From positions 1 to 64,000 of the IMG/VR virus record IMGVR_UViG_3300045911_000062: 64,000 nucleotides of DNA. One strand, written 5' to 3'. Under the pieces are notes generated by a model. That model was not told the DNA's origin and did not search any database. It saw nothing but the letters and a program-made list of their open reading frames with translations. Positions 48,323 through 58,314 of this stretch are shown in pieces. Origin of the DNA: a virus. Every line of letters begins with the position of its first letter. The first letter of the stretch is position 1. The position numbers were made by a program, and so were the translations under genes.

Positions 48323-48961
48323 TTATTCGAACCATTTTGAATAGTCGCCTGGAAATTTATTTTTATCATATACATATGGTTTAGTTGCTGCTATATAAAA
48401 TCTAACCTGATGTAAATCTCCATATAAAATATCACTAGTACAGTTTATGAAATGTTCTTCCCCAGGAAAAACAACCAAAGTACCGCGTTTGGGATTGATA
48501 GAAAAATTATGATTTAAAAATTGTAATTTACCGCCCATTACTTCATAATATGGATCTAAGGGTTTTTTATCTCTATAATCCTTCAAAAATAAAACTGCGC
48601 AAAAATCCTTTGAATTAATTCTGTACCAACTTTTTTTTCCGTTTGTAGCAACAAATACGCTATTTTCACAACGTTGTTTATTATTTTTACAGCCCTGTGG
48701 GTAATATTCTATTTCAAATGGATGCATACCTTTATACTCAAAATCATAATATTTTTCTAATTCTGGTATAAGAATGTCATTTATAGATTCTGAAAGTCTC
48801 AATTCTGCTAACCTATTAAATCGTACACTCATTATAGGGTTATTGTTTTCATCTCTGTCTGGTACTTCTATAATACATGAATCTACTATTTCTTCACACA
48901 ATAACGGTGAAACAAAATCTTCAAATAATAAAATTGGTGACTTAAACATAAAAAACCTCAT
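48323..48961 (-). CDS. Prolyl-4-hydroxylase-like 2OG-Fe(II) oxygenase fold, metal ligands degenerate
   Basis: Fold motifs EDFVSP--C, Y--G, VLFL-D, GG-L-F and P--G-LVVFP are present. The HxD/E...H ligands are replaced by RCE...N. Confidence 0.65.
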   Translation of the reverse strand: MRFFMFKSPILLFEDFVSPLLCEEIVDSCIIEVPDRDENNNPIMSVRFNRLAELRLSESINDILIPELEKYYDFEYKGMHPFEIEYYPQGCKNNKQRCENSVFVATNGKKSWYRINSKDFCAVLFLKDYRDKKPLDPYYEVMGGKLQFLNHNFSINPKRGTLVVFPGEEHFINCTSDILYGDLHQVRFYIAATKPYVYDKNKFPGDYSKWFE

Positions 48962-48985
48962 ATTTTGTACAGGATATTTATGAGA

Positions 48986-49303
48986 TTATTTTTCGTTTAG
49001 TTTTCCCTTGAGAAAATCATTGAATTTTACTAAACGCCTAGAAAATGGTTTTGCTTTAGTCCTTTTGGATTTTCTGATTTTTTGCGCTTTCTTATGTCTT
49101 GCAAAGATTTTTCCTTGTCTAACTCTTTTAGGGTCTTTTCTTATGCCACATTTACTAGCATCGGAGACCAATCTTCCTTGCTTATCTCCAGACATACATC
49201 TAAATTGTCTTTTAATATTATTACCAATACGTTTAAATTGTCTTGTGATTCTAGGACTTTCTTCCAAGAAATCAAAAAAATAATTAAAAATATTCTGAGA
49301 CAT
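48986..49303 (-). CDS. Basic hypothetical (possibly virion) protein
   Basis: Highly Lys/Arg-rich with RQFRC-SG-K-GR-V. Confidence 0.6.
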   Translation of the reverse strand: MSQNIFNYFFDFLEESPRITRQFKRIGNNIKRQFRCMSGDKQGRLVSDASKCGIRKDPKRVRQGKIFARHKKAQKIRKSKRTKAKPFSRRLVKFNDFLKGKLNEK

Positions 49304-49305
49304 AA

Positions 49306-50820
49306 TTAGCGCATACTTCCAAGTCTTCCTGATCCTGCTGTTTTTTGTGGCAATTGAGCTACTGCATTATTTTTTTGTTGATTCTGTTGATTCTGATTTT
49401 GTTTGACTAAATTTTTTTCATTAGCCAATTCTTGCTCTTTTGCTGCAATTGCCTGCTGCTGTTGTGCTTTCTCCGCGTCCAATGTCTGTTTTAATCTTAC
49501 CCCCCGCATTCTTGCCATCAACTCTTGCATTGCTGCGCGCCTTGCCGCAGTTTTATATTTTTTAGTTGCTGGATCGTCTGTTGGCAGAATTTTATATTCC
49601 ATATCTAATTGACGTCTTGCAGCCATTACCGACTGCATATTATCTGTTACAGAAATTTCTGTGAGAATTTTATCTAATGCATCCACGCTATTTACTGCTT
49701 CTGATGTAAAATTATTTAATTTTTTAACCTGGAATTTTGCTAAATCTGCTAACTTTCTAGCTTCTTTTTCTTTTTGTTTCTGTTTAGCTATTTCTTGTTC
49801 CATGGAAATTAATTCTTTTTGTTGTTCAATTGATGCCGAAGCAGCCTTAGCTGAATATTCAGCTTGTAACGCTCTAGCTTTTTCTGCCTCTGCTTCCGCT
49901 TGTGCTTTTTTAGCTTCTGCATCAGATTGTAACATTTTTAAAATGGCGCTCAGTAATTCTTCCGTTCCTTTAGGCGCTGATTTACTTGAAAAGTCTTCTA
50001 CACTTTCGTCATCTGATAAATCTTCTTCTTTGTTTGAAAATTCATTATTTTTATATTCATCATCAATATTATCATCTGATAAATCTAAATCACCAATACC
50101 AAACTCATCTTTATCCGTGTCACTATCTGATGTATCATAATCTTCATACCCTAAATCGTTATCTAAATCTGTGTTACCAACATCAGTGTCTGGTTCACGC
50201 ATGTCTATACCTGGAGCTTTATAAACAGTATTCTTTGGTATAGTTGGGAATTCCACATCAATAATCTCAAACTCGTCTTTAAGCCTAAACAATACTTCAG
50301 CCATTGAAGGTGCATTTCTATTTGTAATTTTATCAAAATTTGAATCAAATTGTAAATTTTTATGAATTTCTGCTGATAATCTATCTTCAAAATCTTTAGC
50401 CACTCTGGCCTTGACAGTGATTTTCATCAAATTGCCTTGATCATCCTCCACACCATAAGTTACAGTTTCTTCATCAGTTGCACCAGTCTGTAAATATCTT
50501 AAGCGCGATGATACATCGTTCAAATCTACTGATTCTCCTAAACCAAAAAATTTTTTAATCTTGCTTTTCATGGATTTCTTTTTCTTCAATTTTTCTTTAG
50601 CAAGTTTTAAATTTTCTTTTGATTTAGGATCTACGTACATTTTTATCCTGTCTTGCCTACGTTCTTCTTGCGCAGCTTTAGAAGAACTAATCCATTCACG
50701 TCTGCTTGCATCTCCACGTATGTCGTGACGTCTTATTTCCCCGCCAGCACTAGGATTAACGGCAATAGAATTTGAACTTGTGATAGCCATTTCTTTTATA
50801 ATTTTTTCTAATATAGACAT
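49306..50820 (-). CDS. Acidic coiled-coil protein, putative head-internal/scaffold-like
   Basis: D/E-rich tract, Ala/Gln coiled coils and several (I/L)xE sites. GATAAATA at 50841-50848 (-). Confidence 0.5.
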   Translation of the reverse strand: MSILEKIIKEMAITSSNSIAVNPSAGGEIRRHDIRGDASRREWISSSKAAQEERRQDRIKMYVDPKSKENLKLAKEKLKKKKSMKSKIKKFFGLGESVDLNDVSSRLRYLQTGATDEETVTYGVEDDQGNLMKITVKARVAKDFEDRLSAEIHKNLQFDSNFDKITNRNAPSMAEVLFRLKDEFEIIDVEFPTIPKNTVYKAPGIDMREPDTDVGNTDLDNDLGYEDYDTSDSDTDKDEFGIGDLDLSDDNIDDEYKNNEFSNKEEDLSDDESVEDFSSKSAPKGTEELLSAILKMLQSDAEAKKAQAEAEAEKARALQAEYSAKAASASIEQQKELISMEQEIAKQKQKEKEARKLADLAKFQVKKLNNFTSEAVNSVDALDKILTEISVTDNMQSVMAARRQLDMEYKILPTDDPATKKYKTAARRAAMQELMARMRGVRLKQTLDAEKAQQQQAIAAKEQELANEKNLVKQNQNQQNQQKNNAVAQLPQKTAGSGRLGSMR

Positions 50821-50846
50821 GAAAAATCCTTTATTTTATATATTTA

Positions 50847-51290
50847 TCAGCGCATTATATTTTTTTCTATAGCAAATCTATATTCAATGCCTCTTGATGC
50901 ACACCACTTACGCGCAGCTTCAGCCTTTATCATATTAATCATATAAGTATAATTTTCAACAATTGCTGTTTTTCGTTTTTTAGACTTGCTTTTATTTATA
51001 AATTTTTCAGGTTTTACTTCTAATAAAACTTTTTTTATTTCCTTGTCTTTGTTGATAAACTCAACATAAATGTCTGGGTAATATATTGATGGTTTATAAG
51101 TACCATCAGGATATGGTTTCATATATGGTATTTTTATTATTTCAGAACCCCATCTTAGTACAAATGCATTGTTATCACAAAATACAAAAGCATTATATTC
51201 TAAATTAGACCTATAAATTATTTTATCTGGATCACCAATGTATTTGTCTAAATTTTTTGGAAAAAATTTTCCTTCGTTAGCTTTTTTCAT
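50847..51290 (-). CDS. Head completion nuclease (T4 gp4-like, TnsA family)
   Basis: P-N--KY-GD, YRS--E, W-SE, IPY, YYPD, EVKP and K--AA--WC. Confidence 0.9.
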   Translation of the reverse strand: MKKANEGKFFPKNLDKYIGDPDKIIYRSNLEYNAFVFCDNNAFVLRWGSEIIKIPYMKPYPDGTYKPSIYYPDIYVEFINKDKEIKKVLLEVKPEKFINKSKSKKRKTAIVENYTYMINMIKAEAARKWCASRGIEYRFAIEKNIMR

Positions 51291-51297
51291 TAAATTT

Positions 51298-52212
51298 TTA
51301 TCTTACGTTATCATATGTACTAGGTGGTGAATCTTTATGAATAACAAAAACGCTATCATAATTAAATGTCAAATCAACAGTTGTTACCGTACTTTGTGAC
51401 ATATCTAAATCGTCCATATTGACAGAAACGATTTTTGGATTAAGATATGTATAAACAGTAGTTTTTCTTGATGGGTTGTTAATTCCAGGTTCAGTTACAA
51501 AATATTCATGATATATTTTAATATATCTTATTATACCGTGTCTAGCTTCTAGTTCGCCCAAAGATGCAGTATGCGGCTCGGTTGTTGCATTTACAGATGG
51601 AAAAATCGGTGTACCATCTGGATTAAAACCAATTGGTGAAGCTGCCGTACCAGAAGAAGGAGATGAAGACATTCCATATATTCCATAACGATCCATCGTA
51701 TTAGCCCTACTTTCTGTGGTATAATTAAAAACTGGACTCAATATTTGAAAATATTTATCAAAAATATCGTGCGCCCTATTTGAAGAATCGTCATAAAACA
51801 CTAAATTTATAGTACCATAATCAACATTAGTAGCTACATTAGTTCTAAAATTATAAAAATTAGCTTTAACATAGTTAACTGTTGGCGCTGGTCTTGTGAC
51901 TTTTAATACTGAAAATTTGTTTATGTGTGGGTCTTCATGACCGGGATGTTTAATTATATCATCTCTTATATTTGGATTATTATCTCTAAAAGCAAATTCA
52001 ACAGTAAAATTAAATTTTAATTTTGGCGATTCACCATTAGCCATACCATCAGGAATTATAGCTGGCCTTAAATCATCATCATTCAACGAAACACCAAGTT
52101 CTTGTAATGTAGAATAAAATTCTTGTGTGTTATAATTTAATTGCCAAGTTGGATTGAATAATTTAACTCTTCTAGGTCCAGAAGAAGAAGGAGGAGGTGG
52201 TGGTATAATCAT
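51298..52212 (-). CDS. Tail-tube-like baseplate protein (gp48/gp54-like)
   Basis: KF-F-V-F, P-V-Y, YG-I-L-FYDD and LDMS-S...F-YD tube-fold motifs. Confidence 0.65.
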   Translation of the reverse strand: MIIPPPPPSSSGPRRVKLFNPTWQLNYNTQEFYSTLQELGVSLNDDDLRPAIIPDGMANGESPKLKFNFTVEFAFRDNNPNIRDDIIKHPGHEDPHINKFSVLKVTRPAPTVNYVKANFYNFRTNVATNVDYGTINLVFYDDSSNRAHDIFDKYFQILSPVFNYTTESRANTMDRYGIYGMSSSPSSGTAASPIGFNPDGTPIFPSVNATTEPHTASLGELEARHGIIRYIKIYHEYFVTEPGINNPSRKTTVYTYLNPKIVSVNMDDLDMSQSTVTTVDLTFNYDSVFVIHKDSPPSTYDNVR

Positions 52213-52751
52213 ACTACTTGCCTATAATTTACACAAATTTTAATAACTCGTTTACATTTTATTTTTATAAAATTAGATAATGCATCTTTATCAAATGATC
52301 CAGATTTAACAAGTTTAAATATTTTAGTCAAAAAAGTTACAAAATCATTATATTCAGTTTTGTTTATTCTTCGCAATAAATCATAATACTGCCTCATATT
52401 CAATGTATCTACAACTAAAATAGCTCCACTAATTTCATTAGCAAGTTTAAACTGATCTGGAGTATGAACAAATGAATAAATGTTAAATTTCTGCATCCCT
52501 GTGTATGATGAACCATTTATGACCATTGTTATAGCTTTTAAAGTTTCTATACCTTTTGAAATAGGACCATTAGTTATATCTTGTAAATATGGAAATGCTC
52601 GATCAATTTCTGCTTGTTTTGTAATTGGATCGTTTGGTTGAAAATTTGTAGAACTAACAAATGTATTATCTCTAATTTTTTTAATTAGTTGTTGAACTTC
52701 AGTAAATTCTTGTCTATCAAAAGCTTCTATTACCTCTTTAACAGTTCCCAT
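52209..52751 (-). CDS. Hypothetical late protein
   Basis: ORF in the tail block, with CATAAATA at 52779-52786 (-). Confidence 0.55.
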   Translation of the reverse strand: MGTVKEVIEAFDRQEFTEVQQLIKKIRDNTFVSSTNFQPNDPITKQAEIDRAFPYLQDITNGPISKGIETLKAITMVINGSSYTGMQKFNIYSFVHTPDQFKLANEISGAILVVDTLNMRQYYDLLRRINKTEYNDFVTFLTKIFKLVKSGSFDKDALSNFIKIKCKRVIKICVNYRQVV

Positions 52752-52790
52752 AATAGCCCATAGTTTGTTTATATATTTTATTTATGATAA

Positions 52791-52820
52791 AAACAAAGGG
52801 ACCAATTGGTCCCTTTGTTT
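52791..52820 (-). terminator. Perfect 30-bp palindrome, terminator downstream of the tail tube gene
   Basis: AAACAAAGGGACCAATTGGTCCCTTTGTTT is its own reverse complement. Confidence 0.8.
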
Positions 52821-52845
52821 AATACAATGCACTTGAAAAATAGGT

Positions 52846-53466
52846 TTAACTGATACTGTTGCCAAGTGGTGCTGGACCGCCTGTAGCCATACCTTCCTTA
52901 CCAGTGATTAACTGACGTGCATGATCAAAACGAAAAGATACTACTAATTTCATTGCTTCTGATACACTATAATCCTTTTCACCATATTCAATAGATTTAA
53001 TAAAGCATCCCTCTAAAGCCCATGATTCCAGAGGGTCAATATCACCATCAAGCATTTGTGAAATCATAGAAAATTTATATTGCTGACCTGCATATGCTGA
53101 GTTTAAAACTCTACCAGAACCGGGTGCAATAATAGCTTGCTGCTTCTCAAGCTGCTCTTGGAAAATCTGTGTCACACGACCACCAACATCAGCTTCAAAT
53201 TGATAAGTAACTGGTTGCCAATTATGTTTTCCGGCGATCCATGCACGTGAATTATAGCGATGTAGTTCAATATCATCAAATTCTAATTTAGGTCTTTCAC
53301 CTTGAACAGCTTGTAAAGTCAAAATCTCACTCTCTGACCCAGAGGTTTGAATATTTCCGCGTGGGCCACCAATTCCATAAAAAAATACCCTCCATTTATG
53401 TTTAACAATTGGATGGATAATTCCACCAGCATTTGGTAGTACGCCCATATCTGTTATTAATGCCAT
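52846..53466 (-). CDS. Tail tube protein (gp19-like)
   Basis: WRV-F, RP-L-F, YNS---AGK--W, W-LEGC and RFDHA. AAGGAG RBS and AATAAATA at 53502-53509 (-). Confidence 0.85.
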   Translation of the reverse strand: MALITDMGVLPNAGGIIHPIVKHKWRVFFYGIGGPRGNIQTSGSESEILTLQAVQGERPKLEFDDIELHRYNSRAWIAGKHNWQPVTYQFEADVGGRVTQIFQEQLEKQQAIIAPGSGRVLNSAYAGQQYKFSMISQMLDGDIDPLESWALEGCFIKSIEYGEKDYSVSEAMKLVVSFRFDHARQLITGKEGMATGGPAPLGNSIS

Positions 53467-53579
53467 GACTTAGCTCCTTAAACATGTACAATAGTTATAT
53501 GTATTTATTATAAATGTACAATAAATCCTAATTTTTTTTAGATAATATCAATAAATATATCAAACAGGAACTATAAAAA

Positions 53580-54308
53580 ATGAAACGATTTATATCTTTT
53601 TTATTAGAAAAAACTAATGCCTATCAAGAAGAAGCAATATTGGTATTGCACAAGATTTACGGCGGTTTAGATACTGCTCATATAGAAAAAAAATCTAACT
53701 TTTGTGAATTAAATATTGGGCAGGTTATAAAAGATAAAAACTATAAAACATTAAATTTGGCATTTCGTTCTGGTCCTGATAATGTGCGGTTAGCCACGAA
53801 AAAAGATGAATTTTATATAGTAGTTGATTTTCCTGATTATAACCATGAAATTACTAGAGCAGAATTATTAAAAAAGATAGAAGATAAAAAAACGGCTATT
53901 AAAATAAAAGATATTATTATACGTTTTTTAACAGAAATAAGAGATGAATTTGATGAAAAAAATAAAGAAACTGCCCATGAAATACTAAATAAAGACGATC
54001 ATGAAGTTGATAAGAGATATGATGAATTAATGAAAGCATATTCTCAAAAATTGAAAGAATATAAATCTGCTATTGAAAACTTGGATAAAATTGCTGATTC
54101 AACTGCTAACATTGCGAAGCAAACATCTATTAATATGGCTAAAGAGACTATAAAAAAAGAATATTTAGGTGATAATTTTAAAAAATTTCTATCTATTTTG
54201 ACAAAATTACCACAGGGTAGATTTATATCTAATCTTGAAAGTGATATGAAGAAAAAGATATTGGCAAGGCTAGAAAATTTTTATGATCATTACACTGAAA
54301 CGAATTAA
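53580..54308 (+). CDS. Putative internal head protein
   Basis: N-terminus MKRFISFLLE resembles the T4 capsid-targeting sequence. AATAAATA at 53550-53557. Confidence 0.5.
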   Translation: MKRFISFLLEKTNAYQEEAILVLHKIYGGLDTAHIEKKSNFCELNIGQVIKDKNYKTLNLAFRSGPDNVRLATKKDEFYIVVDFPDYNHEITRAELLKKIEDKKTAIKIKDIIIRFLTEIRDEFDEKNKETAHEILNKDDHEVDKRYDELMKAYSQKLKEYKSAIENLDKIADSTANIAKQTSINMAKETIKKEYLGDNFKKFLSILTKLPQGRFISNLESDMKKKILARLENFYDHYTETN

Positions 54309-54375
54309 TGTTAATAACTAAAATAATTTAAACGAAAAGAAAAAATAATATTAAAATTATAAATTAAAACATAAT

Positions 54376-55932
54376 TTAGTCATTGACATTATGATTTATC
54401 CATTCCCATTTACTAGAACCATAATCGTAAATATGGTAAAAGCCATCCAAAAATCTTAATTCTTTTTCTGTCATGTTCTTTGGTTCTCCATCTTTCTTTC
54501 TCATACTAAACCTGTGAATTCTTTTAAGTTCATTCGGCTTAAAATACCAATAATTTGGTACAGTTTGTCTAATAAAAGAAAAACCAAGTTTTCCATAAAC
54601 ATTACCATTTGACCATCTTGAATCAGCATATGTTATAACTTTATCTGGATTAAACTGTTTTAAAAAATACTTGAAAATTTTACTAGCGCCTCCAACAACA
54701 GAGACATCAATTCTATTACAAAATCTAGTTATTTCCCATTCTAAATTTTTTCTAGAAATATTCACTTTAGAAAATGACATAGCAGATAATAGTTCTTCTT
54801 TGTAAAATAAACCGTATCTGACCTGTGAATTGCCGTATCCCTGTATATGATTTTCTTCAAAAAATTTTTTAGCAGTTAAAATATCTAATTCTTTTATTAT
54901 ACATTTTCTAGCACCGATTTTTATACTGCTCCCAAATATATTATTCAATTTGGATACAACTATTTGTTTTTTGTTAATCCATTCATCTTCAAAAATACAA
55001 ATTATCTTTATTCCTTCACTTCTAAGTTTTATATATTTTTCAAAATCTTTTATTTTAGATTTATTATTATAAGATAAAACTTCTACAGAATGCCAATACA
55101 AACCATTATATTCTATTCCAAGATTTTTAGATGGAATATATATGTCTATAATGCCATGCACAGTTCTATAGTTTAAAATTGCATCTGAAGATAACTCTTT
55201 AACTAAATTATATACTTCTTTTTGTGCTTTGCTTGTTAAAAAAGTTCTTGGAAAACATACTGGACAAAGTTTTTCGTGAAATTTACAATCATTAAAATAT
55301 TGTTTTGTAAAACTAAACTGTGTTTTACAAATTTTACAACATAACTGTAATTGAGTATTACTTATGTCATTAATAAGTTCTAAATTAGATTTTTGAATTT
55401 TTTCAATAATGCTTATATGACTTTTTTCAATTATTTTTTGCCTATATTTTTTAAATAATTCAGCGAATAATTTTATGTTTTCAAAAGAGTGTTTTTTACC
55501 TCTAAACGATGGTACAGGAGAAATCCCTTTATTAATTTTTGTCTTTTGTGCCTTTTTAAATCTTTCAGCTAATTCTTTTTTGTTGTTTTCTGAATATTTT
55601 TTAATCGAATTGGAAATTTTAGATTTGGTCTCTTCACTTAAACTATTGTATTCTCTACGTTTCAGTTGGCTAGAATTATATTTTTGTTCTCTCAAAATGT
55701 AAGACTGTTTTTGAGCATCTGTCAATTTTATTTTTTTATTTTTGTTCCAAGGAATTTTTTTAGAATTTGTTTTTTTAAAATGTTCTGATTTTTTCTTTCT
55801 ATATTCATCGGTTGATAAACTATTTACCCCAAAAAGTTTTTTATAATCAACAGGAAGAATACCATGCTTCTTTAAATGTGATGGATGAATTACTGATTTA
55901 AATTGTGATTTACATATTTGGCAAGTTATCAT
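54376..55932 (-). mobile_element. Free-standing putative homing endonuclease (same family as 30127..31719)
   Basis: C--C...HL--H finger, PWNK and F-GKKHS (NUMOD3-like), IDIYIP...GIEYNGLYWHS, IFEDEW, NHIQG, GGASK and IYD-G. Start reassigned to MITCQIC. Confidence 0.75.
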
Positions 55933-55949
55933 AGTAAGAATATACAACA

Positions 55950-55982
55950 AAAAAGGCAAGGACACAAGTTCCTTGCCTTTTT
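55950..55982 (-). terminator. Rho-independent terminator downstream of the tail sheath gene
   Basis: AAAAAGGCAAGGA-cacaagt-TCCTTGCCTTTTT. Confidence 0.85.
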
Positions 55983-56003
55983 ATAATAGTTTATATTATT
56001 TAT

Positions 56004-58247
56004 TTATCGGTTTGATAGTGAAAAACGAGTTCTACCAGTTCCAATATTAGCTCCAGTACGGACTACCCTTACCTTTACATAAATGAATTCTACAGCCTTC
56101 ACTGGTTTGATAGCGATGTCTACATGAAGCTCATTGTTATCTATAGTTTCTGGCGTATTATTTGTTTCATCAACTAAAACTGCAAAGTCATACAAACCTC
56201 TACGGTCAACCAAAGTGCTCAAAAAACCATCGCATGCTGATTTAACTAAATCCCATGTGATACTATCGTTAGGCTCGAAAAGGAATGAAAATAATCCCTT
56301 CCTTAATTGTCTCTTGATAAACTTACATAGTCTTGAAACATTTATTCTATCAAGAGCAGAAGGAGTACCCTGACCAGTCTTTTGACCCATTACCAAAATT
56401 CCTCGTCCTGGTATATAAGCTAAAGGATTAATATTCTTAGGTGACTCATATAATTCATCTCTTGTTCCAGTATCACAATATTCTTGAACAAAAGTGGTTG
56501 GACCGCCTAAAGTTCCAGATACATATCCAATATCTTGCAAGAACCCGCACTGACCGCGGTTAACACCTGCAGGTGGCCACCAAACATCCCTCTGTTGGTC
56601 ATTATAAGCAAAAACTCGCAATGCCGCAGATGCTGCCGTAGTCATAATATTTCTACCGTCTATATTAGATGATAAACCATGTGGAAAATATGCTGCACCA
56701 TGCCAATTTTCATTTCTATTCTGTCCTGACGTTGCCCATGCTGCAATAGAGCCAGGACCTGTTGCTGGTTTGTCAAAAGGAGTTTCATCTAAAATAAACA
56801 CCTCTTCTAATTGATCCTGCATTAAACGATATAATGCTGAAGCAACTTTATTTCCGTGAAAACCTGGAGCCAAAACTATATTGTATTCTAACCATTCTGA
56901 ACGTGATCCATTATTAGGGTTATTAATAGCTGCAACTATTGCTCTTTCAATTTCATTATATCGTTCTGCATTATTAGAACCCAAAGATGTAAAAAATACG
57001 AATTCTTTTGTATTATCAAAATCTCCAGCGGCTGCTAATAATAATCCTTCTGCTTCATCAGCAGTAAATTCTGTAGGTTCTACAGATCCTGAATTCCATT
57101 GATCGATTAAACCATAAAGGCCAACGTAACCGCCTACTATTTGATTATCACCACCTATAATTGTATCATATGAATCATCATATATGTTTAATGTTGATGG
57201 GCCTTTTCCGTTGATAGGTGCTGCAATCCTATCGAATAAGCTTAAAGATGCGAACAATGGTAATGAACCAGAAATTCCGTCAGATATTACTACGCTAGAA
57301 GTTGGGCCTTCCCATGTACTGGTTATTCTTATAGCGCCTTGAATCAATTCACACGTAGCATAATTATTCAATTGAGAATTTATAGCATCTACTAAATCTC
57401 CAAATGTAATAATATCACTACCGCTAAAAGATAGATTAATTGTTGTTGATTCAGCATTATTGTCATTATTATAATCACCAACTATGTATATACTTGCACG
57501 ATATTCTTCGTCTTCGTCTAGACCTGCAAAATCTCCCAAAGTAATAAATCCGTTATAAGTTTCTGTTAATACATCTTGATATGCTGGTCTAGCTGTTAAA
57601 TTACTTAACAAAAATTCATCACGAAATGATGATGTTCTACCATCATTTACTGGATTTTCATCAGGGAGATCTTTTGCCTCTCTACTAAAGTTGTACATAT
57701 TAAATACATCTTTCAATGCTTCATTTAATAGTACCTTTAAAGTATCGCCATCAACTGATGTTTTATAAAATTGGTCTGCTGGATATAAATTATTAACAGA
57801 ATTATATTCTTGTAACCAATTAGACACTAATTCATTTAAATAATCCGCTGCAATCTGAATTTTACGAGTCCATAATGCTTTGATATCTTGTATATTATCA
57901 TTCAAATTTACATTTGCACGAATTACATACGCTCTATTACCTATTTCTAAGTATTTATTTAATGCATCCAAACCATATTCATTACGAGCATCGCCATGAT
58001 GATTTGCATCTGAAGCTGAACGTAAATATTTTGGAATACCATATAACTGCAATGATTGGCGTAAGCTAGTAACAGTTCTCAGAACATTATGTTCGTATGT
58101 TCCAACAGCAGGCGAAACCCCATCTGGTTGTAGTTTTTCATCTTCTGTTGCAATAAAAATAAGTGGAAAGCTCGCTGCACGACCTGGAATATAAAAAGAC
58201 TCGTCTACGATGGTTACGTCTACGCCTGGGCTAATTAATTGTGCCAT
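56004..58247 (-). CDS. Contractile tail sheath protein (gp18-like)
   Basis: L-SPGV-V---DES-Y, NEYGL, PAG--RG, SALDRINV-RL, FLFEPND, DETNNTP and IKP-KA-EFI. Confidence 0.95.
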   Translation of the reverse strand: MAQLISPGVDVTIVDESFYIPGRAASFPLIFIATEDEKLQPDGVSPAVGTYEHNVLRTVTSLRQSLQLYGIPKYLRSASDANHHGDARNEYGLDALNKYLEIGNRAYVIRANVNLNDNIQDIKALWTRKIQIAADYLNELVSNWLQEYNSVNNLYPADQFYKTSVDGDTLKVLLNEALKDVFNMYNFSREAKDLPDENPVNDGRTSSFRDEFLLSNLTARPAYQDVLTETYNGFITLGDFAGLDEDEEYRASIYIVGDYNNDNNAESTTINLSFSGSDIITFGDLVDAINSQLNNYATCELIQGAIRITSTWEGPTSSVVISDGISGSLPLFASLSLFDRIAAPINGKGPSTLNIYDDSYDTIIGGDNQIVGGYVGLYGLIDQWNSGSVEPTEFTADEAEGLLLAAAGDFDNTKEFVFFTSLGSNNAERYNEIERAIVAAINNPNNGSRSEWLEYNIVLAPGFHGNKVASALYRLMQDQLEEVFILDETPFDKPATGPGSIAAWATSGQNRNENWHGAAYFPHGLSSNIDGRNIMTTAASAALRVFAYNDQQRDVWWPPAGVNRGQCGFLQDIGYVSGTLGGPTTFVQEYCDTGTRDELYESPKNINPLAYIPGRGILVMGQKTGQGTPSALDRINVSRLCKFIKRQLRKGLFSFLFEPNDSITWDLVKSACDGFLSTLVDRRGLYDFAVLVDETNNTPETIDNNELHVDIAIKPVKAVEFIYVKVRVVRTGANIGTGRTRFSLSNR

Positions 58248-58283
58248 CTGTTATCTCCTTAAAATAAAATAAGATGTTACAGA

Positions 58284-58291
58284 TATTTATT
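58284..58291 (-). promoter_or_regulatory. Late promoter core (AATAAATA) upstream of the tail sheath gene
   Basis: Followed by an AAGGAG RBS and ATG 58247. Confidence 0.5.
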
Positions 58292-58314
58292 ATGAATGCA
58301 AAAATATTATTAAA

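Noticed and set aside
48323-48961. Active prolyl hydroxylase or TET/JBP base-modifying enzyme
   Set aside because: The iron-binding His/Asp/His residues are not present.
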